Below are positions 56,540-64,000 of a stretch of DNA of 64,000 nucleotides, in pieces. The notes under the pieces were generated by a model. The model saw nothing but the letters and a program-made list of their open reading frames with translations. It was not told the DNA's origin and made no database searches. Position numbers and translations under genes: made by a program. Position 1 is the first letter of the stretch. Each line of letters begins with the position of its first letter. The stretch is from an uncultured Actinomycetota bacterium. GTDB taxonomy: Bacteria > Actinomycetota > Coriobacteriia > Anaerosomatales > JAGXFU01. The stretch lies in NCBI GenBank assembly GCA_963790405.1, contig CAWBOJ010000003.1, forward strand, positions 398,873-462,872, in the 5' to 3' direction.

Positions 56540-57298
56540 CTAACTCGGGATGAGCGTGTTGGCGAAGACCAGCCAGGCGAGCAGCGACTTGGAAAACAGG
56601 CTCAGGAACACGTAGGTGACTTCGCCGAACACGTAGTCACGCCACGGGCCGATCTTCTTGTACTGCAGCACCATGTTGATGGCGAAGGTGTTGAAGAACA
56701 GGAACATCGTGAAGAAGATGGCGTAGACGAATCCCGGGGGCTCGGCGATTGCCCCGGGACCCCATAGGTAGATGCTGATCGCCAGCCACGGAAACACGCC
56801 TGTGATGCAGCCGAAGACAAATGACATCCAGTTCGGATTGCCGGGAGTCTCATAGTGCTCCATGAGCAGGCCGAACAAGATCATCGAGACGTTGGCTCCG
56901 GCGATGCCGATAATCGCGGCCACATCGAAGACGCCCGGAAGCAATCCGATGAGTACGACCATGAGAGTCGATGAGAAGGCATACTCGATCCAGCGTGCGT
57001 AGTTGCGTTCGCGCCTCAGGTTCTTCACGTACCAGTCGAAGACGCCGGGGGAGGCAATGATGAAGTGCGCGAGCGCGGACATGAACACGAATGCCGCCAC
57101 TGCGAGGCCAAGAGGAATCTCGAATAGTGTCTCCGGTGAGCCCGGGGGCGTGCCCGGAGGGCCCTGCAGCAGGCTGATAGTCACGGGCAGCTTGAAGTCA
57201 TTGGACAGCGCTACGATGGCCACGCCCTGCCCGAAGTGGAACAACCCCATCACAAGGTTGTAGAGCCTGAGCCGTGTGAATCGTTTGTCTTCAGCCAT
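56540..57298 (-). CDS. heliorhodopsin
   Basis: 252 aa, 7 TM, intact. Family motifs along the whole length: 'ALSNDFKLP', 'GPPG', 'RWIEYAFSST', 'GANVSMILFGLL', 'FGCITGVFPW', 'PPGFVY', 'FLFFNTFA', 'LQYKK', 'LSLFSKSLLAW' (TM7 Lys). Confidence 0.85.
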   Translation of the reverse strand: MAEDKRFTRLRLYNLVMGLFHFGQGVAIVALSNDFKLPVTISLLQGPPGTPPGSPETLFEIPLGLAVAAFVFMSALAHFIIASPGVFDWYVKNLRRERNYARWIEYAFSSTLMVVLIGLLPGVFDVAAIIGIAGANVSMILFGLLMEHYETPGNPNWMSFVFGCITGVFPWLAISIYLWGPGAIAEPPGFVYAIFFTMFLFFNTFAINMVLQYKKIGPWRDYVFGEVTYVFLSLFSKSLLAWLVFANTLIPS

Positions 57299-57581
57299 TG
57301 CATCCTCCGGATGAGTCCTCAGGTGTCGCCATTCTCGGCCCGTCGCGTCACTCGAAGGGGTTCCTACCCAATGTCGGCGTGGTCCACCTTGTGAGCGGCA
57401 GTGTTCGAACACCAGGGTGCTGAGCAGCTCTCATGGCACACGGTGTGCTACACTGCGCAAGGCTTTTCCCAAAGACCCGGTTGTCTTCGCGTCGCCACCG
57501 ATGGCGACGACCTTCTAGAGCAACTGCGTCTGCAACGCGGTGCCGCCTGACTTGGCCGGCACGCTCGAAGGAGACAACTGA

Positions 57582-58817
57582 ATGTCGTTTGAATCACTCG
57601 GCCTTGAGCCGCGCCTTCTGTCTGCTGTGGACAAGATGGGCTACACCGACCCGACCCCGATACAACGCGAGGCCATTCCCCACGTGCTGGCAGGACGTGA
57701 TGTCGTTGGCGTCGCGCAGACCGGCACCGGCAAGACCGCGGCGTTCGTGTTGCCGATGCTGCAACGGATTCCGACCAAGCGTGGCGTTCGGGCGCTTGTC
57801 GTCACCCCCACCCGTGAGTTGGCATCGCAGATAGCCGAGGTTACACGTGACGCAGCGCGCGGTACGCACCACCGGGCAGCCGTGATTTTCGGTGGCGTGG
57901 GGCAGAAGCCCCAGGTCGACGCTTTGCGGCGTGGAGTCGACATCGTGATCGCGTGTCCTGGTCGCCTGCTCGATCTGCATTCCCAGGGCGCCATCGACCT
58001 GTCCCATGTCGAGACCGTCGTGCTCGACGAGGCCGATCGCATGCTGGACATGGGTTTTTGGCCGGACGTGCGCCGCATCCTGGCGCTGCTTCCCGCCAAG
58101 CGCCAGAACCTGCTCTTCAGCGCAACGATGGCTCCAGAGGTCATCAAGGTCGTCAACTCGGTACTCACCGACCCCGTTCGCATCGAGACCTCACCTCCGG
58201 CCAAGCCGGTCGATAATGTCGACCAGACCGTCTACCCGGTGTGCAACACGCAGAAGACCGATCTGCTCGTTGAGCTGCTCGCCCGCAACCACGGATCGCG
58301 CACGCTCGTGTTCACCCGCACCAAGCATCGCGCGGATCGAGTGAGCCGACAGCTGTCCAAGAGAGGCGTGCGCAGCGAGGCGATTCACGGAGACCGTTCG
58401 CAGAATCAACGCGAGAAGGCGCTGCACTCGTTCCGCACGGGTCGATCGCACGTCCTTGTGGCGACCGATGTTGTGGCGCGCGGCATCGACATCGACAAGA
58501 TCACCCATGTCGTCAACTACGACATTCCTCATACTACCGAGGATTACGTGCATCGCATCGGTCGGACGGCGAGAGCCGGAGCCGATGGGAGCGCGATCAG
58601 CTTCCTGTCACCCGAGGAACTCGAGAAGTTCACCGCGATCGAGCGCACGCTCGACACGGTGCTGGCGTGCGAGGATCTTGACGGTTTCCACTACAAGGAG
58701 CGCACCGTGCCTGATCCGCAGCGCACAGCCACTCCCGCGCCCAAGGTCGGTTCGGGTGGCGGCAACTCGCGTTCACGGGGCAGCCGCAGAGGCGGTCGGG
58801 GTCGTCGCGGAAACTAG
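57582..58817 (+). CDS. DEAD-box ATP-dependent RNA helicase (RhlE-like) with Arg/Gly-rich tail
   Basis: Q-motif 'TPIQ', 'AQTGTGKT', 'PTRELA', 'DEAD', 'SAT', 'HRIGRTARAG'. C-terminal 'GSGGGNSRSRGSRRGGRGRRGN'. Confidence 0.9.
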   Translation: MSFESLGLEPRLLSAVDKMGYTDPTPIQREAIPHVLAGRDVVGVAQTGTGKTAAFVLPMLQRIPTKRGVRALVVTPTRELASQIAEVTRDAARGTHHRAAVIFGGVGQKPQVDALRRGVDIVIACPGRLLDLHSQGAIDLSHVETVVLDEADRMLDMGFWPDVRRILALLPAKRQNLLFSATMAPEVIKVVNSVLTDPVRIETSPPAKPVDNVDQTVYPVCNTQKTDLLVELLARNHGSRTLVFTRTKHRADRVSRQLSKRGVRSEAIHGDRSQNQREKALHSFRTGRSHVLVATDVVARGIDIDKITHVVNYDIPHTTEDYVHRIGRTARAGADGSAISFLSPEELEKFTAIERTLDTVLACEDLDGFHYKERTVPDPQRTATPAPKVGSGGGNSRSRGSRRGGRGRRGN

Positions 58818-58848
58818 TCGCGATCGCACTTCCGGTATCAGCACATAG

Positions 58849-58878
58849 AAAGGGGGCTCCCAATCGGGAGCCCCCTTT
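58849..58878 (+). terminator. intrinsic terminator-like hairpin (member of a repeated motif)
   Basis: AAAGGGGGCTCCC-aatc-GGGAGCCCCCTTT forms a perfect 13-bp stem ending in TTT, 31 nt after the helicase stop. Confidence 0.6.
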
Positions 58879-59083
58879 GTCAGTGCGACGTGGTGAAGCA
58901 GATGTTGTGGTATGGGCTTCGCTGCGCACTTCCCTTGGAAGGTTCCAGCGTTTCCAGGTAGATCGGACGGGGTACACGGGATACAGTCAGCGGCACCAGT
59001 GGAAGAGCGACAGGCAGATGGGCTCGGGCCGACACATGAACGTGGTCGTTTAGAAAGGTGTGTGATCGATCATCGCCGCAAAT

Positions 59084-60661
59084 GTGCTCATCTTGATTGC
59101 CGAGGCCGTGACGGTCTATCTGATTGTTCTTCTCGTGCACTCGCTCCGTCACCGCGTGGGGCTCGGCCCTTTCTACGCAACGCTCGGTGGCCTGACGGTG
59201 ATCATGTCGTGGGTGACCGATATCGGCATCCGTCTCGAGGTCGGCGGCCTCACGTTCCTTGTCGGTTCGACCGTCTTCTACACGGCGATTCTGCTCGGCG
59301 TGTTTGTCGTGTACGTGTTCGACGGTCCGGGGCCGACCCGGACGGCGATCTTCACGGTTGCGGGCATGTCCATCCTGGCTCCGCTTGTTGGTGCTGCGCT
59401 GCAGGTGCAACTGCTGGCGCTCGGCCAGGACGCGTCCACGTTCATCCTCCACCCCAGTCTGCGGATTAACACGGCTTCGGTGTTTGCGACTATCGCGGAT
59501 CTTGTCTTCCTGGCTGTTGTGTGGGAACTCTTGGGTAGGCCCGGCTTCCCGTTTCGCACTTGGATCAGGACGTATCTGACTCTGCTGGGCGTCATGTGTC
59601 TCGACGTGGTGCTGTTTTCAACGGGCGCCTTCGCGGGCACACCCGCCTACTTGAGCATCATGTCGGGCACGCTCGCCACGCGTGTGATCGTGGCGACGTT
59701 CGCCGGCCCGCTCCTCTACGGCTATCTCGCCTGGCAGAACAGCGCAAAGGGTGCGGAGATCGAGAGCCGTCCCGCCCTGGCGATCTTCATGGAGGTAGCT
59801 CAGGTTCGTGAAAGTCTCCGCGTTGCCGAGCAAGAGATCGAACGTCGGATAGCGGCCGAGCAAGAGCTCGAAGCGCACAAGAATCATCTGGAGGAACTTG
59901 TCGCGGAGCGTACGAGGGACCTCGTCGAGGCCAATATCGGGCTCGAGGAGGCCAACGAGGCCAAGCGGATCTTCCTGGCGAACATGAGCCACGAGCTCCG
60001 GACGCCTTTGAACTCGGTCATCGGTTTCTCTGGCACGTTGGGCAACGGAATGGCGGGTCCACTGAACGAGGAGCAGCAGCGCCAGGTCGACATGGTCAAC
60101 AACAGCGGGCGATACCTGCTCTCGCTCATCGACGATGTGCTCGATATTGCCAAGATCGAGGCCGGAGAGACGGTCTTTCACTTGAAGGCATTCGATCCCG
60201 ACGCACTCGTTCGAGAAGCGGTCGAGATGATGCGGCCATTGGCCAAGGAGCGGGGACTCGAGATATCCGTTGAGTCACTCGGCCGAGGCGAGAAGTTGCG
60301 CTCCGATCCGGCTAAGGTCAAACACGTGCTACTCAACCTGCTGAGCAACGCGATCAAGTTCACCGTGACCGGGCGTGTTGTCGTGCGCTGCGAGAGGCCT
60401 GGTGACGGATCTCTCGTGCTCTCGGTCCAGGATACCGGCCCCGGAATCGAACCTGCGGATCTGTCGCGCGTCTTCGATGCGTTCACTCAGATCGAGATTC
60501 CGGGCACGGCGAAATCGAAGGGAACTGGTCTGGGCCTGGCACTTTCGCGGGTGTATGCGGAGATGCTCGGCGGTGAAGTCACCGTCAGCAGCGAGGTCGG
60601 GGTCGGATCAGTATTCACACTTACGGTGCCGGGCAAAGGGATGAGCCACACAAGCGACTAG
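59084..60661 (+). CDS. membrane sensor histidine kinase (7-TM-like N-domain + coiled coil + HisKA + HATPase_c)
   Basis: 525 aa, intact. 'SHELRTPLNSVIGF', 'NLLSNAIKFT', 'DTGPGI', 'GTGLGLALS'. No adjacent response regulator. Confidence 0.85.
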   Translation: MLILIAEAVTVYLIVLLVHSLRHRVGLGPFYATLGGLTVIMSWVTDIGIRLEVGGLTFLVGSTVFYTAILLGVFVVYVFDGPGPTRTAIFTVAGMSILAPLVGAALQVQLLALGQDASTFILHPSLRINTASVFATIADLVFLAVVWELLGRPGFPFRTWIRTYLTLLGVMCLDVVLFSTGAFAGTPAYLSIMSGTLATRVIVATFAGPLLYGYLAWQNSAKGAEIESRPALAIFMEVAQVRESLRVAEQEIERRIAAEQELEAHKNHLEELVAERTRDLVEANIGLEEANEAKRIFLANMSHELRTPLNSVIGFSGTLGNGMAGPLNEEQQRQVDMVNNSGRYLLSLIDDVLDIAKIEAGETVFHLKAFDPDALVREAVEMMRPLAKERGLEISVESLGRGEKLRSDPAKVKHVLLNLLSNAIKFTVTGRVVVRCERPGDGSLVLSVQDTGPGIEPADLSRVFDAFTQIEIPGTAKSKGTGLGLALSRVYAEMLGGEVTVSSEVGVGSVFTLTVPGKGMSHTSD

Positions 60662-60737
60662 CGATTTGGAGACGGAGCCGCTACTCGTTCAGCGCAGGGA
60701 AGTAGGTTCGCGCCCAGTCCCGCGTGGTCATACATAG

Positions 60738-60767
60738 AGAAGGGGCCCCCAGACGGGAGCCCCTTCT
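60738..60767. terminator. hairpin between convergent genes (second member of the repeated motif)
   Basis: AGAAGGGGCCCCC-agac-GGGAGCCCCTTCT (13-bp stem, 1 mismatch). Flanks resemble those of the 58849 hairpin. Confidence 0.5.
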
Positions 60768-60788
60768 TGTCATGCGTTGTGGTTGGGT

Positions 60789-63116
60789 CTACTTGATGAT
60801 TCCTGCGACGCTGTCGCGAACTGACTGCGACACCGCATTCAGTCCACCGAGGTAGCGGACCTCCCCTATACGGTGCGCGTGCATCACCAGGCAGGCGCGG
60901 GTGTCGCCAGACAGCGCGTCGGGCTTGGTGAGAAGCATGACCGAGGAGTTGCGACCCTGCATCACTCCGCCTGAGAGGGCGTCGGGGAAATCGATGCCGG
61001 TCGTAACGGCTAGGCCGTCCCAGCTGAGACCGAGGTCGTTGACGCCGTACGTGGCGATCTTGGTCGCCGTCTCGTACCGGGTGTCTCCATCGATCCGCAC
61101 CGCCGAGATGCCTGCTTCAAGGATGGTTACCGAGGTCTGGGGGGTAACCGCAGCATCGCCGCCCAGAAGTATGGCCTTCTTCACGCCTGCCGCTTTCATG
61201 GCAGCGAGTGTCGAGGCGGAAACGCTGTTCTTGCCGGAGAGATAGACCGGCCATCCGCCGGCGCAGGCAAGCGGGCTGGCAGACAGGGCGTCCGCGAAGT
61301 TGTTGCCGGTTGCCACGAAGGCAGTGCCGTCATAGTCAGGGCCAAGGACATCTACCGTACGGGCTGCGATCAGCTCGGCGGTCTCGTAGCGTGTTGCGCC
61401 GCCCATTCGCTTGACCGAGAGTTTCATTCCGCGCAGGGCGGTCTCAACACTGCTCGAGACCGCGTCCGTGCCGCCCAGGATGAGCGCTCTATCCGCACCG
61501 AGCCGCTTGATCTCGGTTGCGATGACTGCCGGGACGGAATCGGTATCGACGAGCAGTACCGGTGCATCGAGCGCTCCTGCTAGCGCAGCACCACCAAGAG
61601 CGTCAGGCCAATTGCGGCCGGTCGCGATTACCACATCGTCTGCGCCGTCCGGGAACGCCTCTTTTGAGGCCGCGACGGACGTAGCGAATCGATTGGACCC
61701 TGCAACGGGGACAGGCTCGTAGTCGAGTTCCCTGTTGGTGACGTAGATGTGCGAGTAGGTGTCGCCTCCTACTTCAGCATCCGAATGGAAGGCAATCGTG
61801 TATCCGTTGGAGCTGATCGAGGGCTTGCCGAAGTCCTCGTCAGAGTCGTTTTGGCTGGGGTAGTCCTCGCTCAGGAGATCGGTCTCGCCCGTCGTCATGT
61901 CGTACACGAAGACATCTTCGGAGTCGTTGGTGTCGTTGTCGACGAGGTTCGACGCCCAGGACGAGAAGGTCACGTACCGACCGTCGGCGCTGATCGCCGG
62001 GTTCCGGGAGCAGTTGTCAGCCTCTTCAGCGGGGTCGAGGGCGACGCTGACTCGTGTCGTCACGCCATCCACGAGGTCGCGCACGAAAATATCGGAGTCG
62101 CCGTTGTTGTCGTCTTCGACGAGGTCGCCAGCGCTAGACTGGAAGGCGATGTAGCGACCATCCGAACTCAGTGACGGCCAACGCGACTGACCCTCACTCG
62201 TGTAGCCATCAAGCGAGACACTCGCAAGCGTCGTCTTTCCGTCCTTGAGATCACGCACAAAGACCTGAGGATAGCAGGAGCCGTCATCTTGACTGTCGTC
62301 GGCCAATTCGTCATGGCCGCGGAAGGCCACATACCGACCGTTTCCGGAAAGTGTCGGCCAGTGTGTCGCGTCGTCGGGAACGTCGCCGTCGTTCGAGACG
62401 CTGGCGATTTTCGTGGTGCGTAGGGCTACGTCGTAAACGAAGATGTTGGGGCAGTTGACCTCAGCACCCGGCACTATGTCAATTGCGGCCGAGCGGTAGG
62501 TGATGCGTGTGCCATCCGCGCTTATCTGCGGCCAGTCGGCGCACTCGTCATCGGAGTCGCCTGGGTCGATGCTGCCGTCGCGCTTGCTAACACAGATAGT
62601 GGTCTTGGCAACGCGATCGCGCAGGAAGATGTCTGCCGATTCGTTCACATCGTCGGCGGTGAGGTTGTCGGAGCTCGACTGGAACACCACGTATCGACCA
62701 TCGGCACTCACGGAAGGCTTGGTCGAGCAGCCGTTCCCGAGTTCTCCGCCGGTCGAGACGCTGATCAGCTCGAGTTTCCCGGTCTCCTGGTCGTAGAGGA
62801 AGACGTTGTTCTCTTCGTCTTCATCTGCGCCATCGTAGTCGGGCCAGTCGCCCGATCCATCCTCCGGGGTTCCTGCGGGTATGACGTTGGTCGCGTCCGT
62901 GTGGAACACCACGTAGCGACCGTTGCCGCTGACGCGGGCGAACTGGGAATCACCATCCATCAGCGTGCCGGATGTCGTGGTCACTCGTTCGATGGAATCT
63001 TGCACCCACTGTGCGGATGCCGTTCCCGTGAACGACATCATCGAGACGACGAATATTGCCGCTAGTAGTACTCGAACATAGCGGGCAGGACGAAATCTCC
63101 CTTTGTCTGCGGACAC
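60789..63116 (-). CDS. cell-surface protein: TolB/PD40-like beta-propeller repeats + 3 CWB2 cell-wall-binding repeats
   Basis: GTG 63116 preceded by GAGGGAGG. Signal peptide (VLLAAIFVVSMMSFTGTASA). Repeated 'S.DGRYV(A/T)F.S.A.NLV..D.N...D(I/V)F(V/L)' blades. C-terminal 'NRFATSVAASKEAFP...WPDALGG..LAG...PVLLV' x3. Confidence 0.8.
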   Translation of the reverse strand: MSADKGRFRPARYVRVLLAAIFVVSMMSFTGTASAQWVQDSIERVTTTSGTLMDGDSQFARVSGNGRYVVFHTDATNVIPAGTPEDGSGDWPDYDGADEDEENNVFLYDQETGKLELISVSTGGELGNGCSTKPSVSADGRYVVFQSSSDNLTADDVNESADIFLRDRVAKTTICVSKRDGSIDPGDSDDECADWPQISADGTRITYRSAAIDIVPGAEVNCPNIFVYDVALRTTKIASVSNDGDVPDDATHWPTLSGNGRYVAFRGHDELADDSQDDGSCYPQVFVRDLKDGKTTLASVSLDGYTSEGQSRWPSLSSDGRYIAFQSSAGDLVEDDNNGDSDIFVRDLVDGVTTRVSVALDPAEEADNCSRNPAISADGRYVTFSSWASNLVDNDTNDSEDVFVYDMTTGETDLLSEDYPSQNDSDEDFGKPSISSNGYTIAFHSDAEVGGDTYSHIYVTNRELDYEPVPVAGSNRFATSVAASKEAFPDGADDVVIATGRNWPDALGGAALAGALDAPVLLVDTDSVPAVIATEIKRLGADRALILGGTDAVSSSVETALRGMKLSVKRMGGATRYETAELIAARTVDVLGPDYDGTAFVATGNNFADALSASPLACAGGWPVYLSGKNSVSASTLAAMKAAGVKKAILLGGDAAVTPQTSVTILEAGISAVRIDGDTRYETATKIATYGVNDLGLSWDGLAVTTGIDFPDALSGGVMQGRNSSVMLLTKPDALSGDTRACLVMHAHRIGEVRYLGGLNAVSQSVRDSVAGIIK

Positions 63117-63287
63117 GGTGCCTCCCTCTCGGATAGTCAAGCATCTGTGCGCCGTCGGTCTGGCGACACACACCCCTTTCTACAAGTAGTAGCACAGCTG
63201 AGAGGGGTGCAACAGATGGAATAGAGGTAATTCCGACCAGCGGGACGGGAGACGTACATCTCGGTCAGATGCGCGTCGGCGTTTCTC

Positions 63288-64000
63288 TCAAATCACCGCG
63301 ATTTCGTGTGAGGAATCGCCAGCGCGTCCTCTGCCGGTCACCGCCAACGCCACCGAGGCTGCTGCCATGAGCACTGCGCTGAGCCAGAATGGCGCGGCCG
63401 GTCCGACTGCGTCCCACAGCAGCCCGGCAACCAGGCTCGCCGGCAGTGCGGCGATGCCCAGCACGAACGTGTAGCCTCCGATGGCGGTCGCGCGCACGGC
63501 CGGGTCGACGAGGTCGACGACGTAGGCGCGAGTGATCCCCTCGGTCATGGCATACGGGATGCCGTACAGGGCGAACAACACCCAGGCGGCCACGGGCGCG
63601 TTCATGAGCGCGAACCCCGCGTAGACGATTGCGTAGCCGGCGAACCCTGCAACCAGGACTCTTCGGCGACCCACGCGATCGGACCTGATGCCGATGGGCG
63701 TGGAGGCGAGCGAGCCCACCACGTTGAAGACGAAGTAGGCGAGCGGGATCAGCGCTGGAGCCATACCCACGTTCTGCGCCCGCAGTACGAGCATCGCGTC
63801 GCTCGAGTTGCCCAGAGCGAACAGCGAACTCACCGCTGTGAACACCGCGAACGGGCGACCCAGGTGGCGGAGGCGCAGTGGAGGATGGGGTGTCGATGGC
63901 TGTGGGGTCCCGTCGGCACCGGGCATCGCGCTTGGCACGTGGCGTATGTCTCGCACGACGAACACCGCAAACACGATGGCGAGCGTGCCGGGAATCGCCG
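63288..64000 (-). CDS. MFS transporter (C-terminal half; 5' end beyond window)
   Basis: Six hydrophobic helices with 'RSDRVGRRRVLV' loop motif. The frame stays open to the window edge. Confidence 0.7.
   Translation of the reverse strand, partial: AIPGTLAIVFAVFVVRDIRHVPSAMPGADGTPQPSTPHPPLRLRHLGRPFAVFTAVSSLFALGNSSDAMLVLRAQNVGMAPALIPLAYFVFNVVGSLASTPIGIRSDRVGRRRVLVAGFAGYAIVYAGFALMNAPVAAWVLFALYGIPYAMTEGITRAYVVDLVDPAVRATAIGGYTFVLGIAALPASLVAGLLWDAVGPAAPFWLSAVLMAAASVALAVTGRGRAGDSSHEIAVI

Noticed and set aside
55338-58817. Heliorhodopsin forming an operon with the ATP-grasp or helicase genes.
   Set aside because: The orientations exclude co-transcription. It is convergent with the ATP-grasp gene and divergent from the helicase. 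Any functional link would be regulatory only and is unsupported here.

Overview
GC-rich window that looks like the chromosome of a monoderm, Actinobacteria-like and probably anaerobic organism. No rRNA gene, CRISPR array, transposase or integrase was seen.

Conserved backbone:
- MacB/FtsX-type ABC exporter (246-3302)
- mechanosensitive channel
- ATP-dependent PEP carboxykinase
- histidine-utilisation cluster (hutG divergent from hutH-hutU-hutI)
- UbiB/ABC1 kinase
- ackA-xfp phosphoketolase module
- DEAD-box helicase
- two orphan sensor histidine kinases
- two PLP enzymes
- MFS transporter

Accessory and unusual content:
1. An intact heliorhodopsin gene (56540-57298).
2. A tRNA-Ser(CGA) locus with a perfect 94-bp duplication of its upstream region plus 5' half. 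The two copies bracket an InhA-like M6 protease cassette. A diverged copy of the tRNA 3' half lies beyond an aminotransferase gene. All breakpoints fall in the anticodon loop.
3. An unrecognised membrane-protein cluster (8666-14022). It includes a roughly 1300-aa mosaic protein with a 4x21-bp PDAPEKK repeat and an unassigned C-terminal domain.
4. Two nucleotidyltransferase-type (AbiE-like) two-gene modules. One is canonical AbiEi/AbiEii. The other is a wHTH+NTase pair behind a perfect 12-bp inverted repeat.
5. A 71-aa secreted peptide carrying a duplicated APNSGDGxxDGSGF motif.
6. Two giant surface proteins ending in triple CWB2-type cell-wall-binding repeats.
7. Two PadR + membrane-sensor pairs.

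Main caveat: about 30 reading-frame breaks interrupt otherwise well-conserved genes. Affected genes include ackA, an ABC-2 exporter operon, hutH, hutU, xfp, a histidine kinase and others. This could be assembly indel noise or real gene decay, and I cannot tell which from sequence alone. Spans for disrupted genes are reconstructions across ORF fragments.
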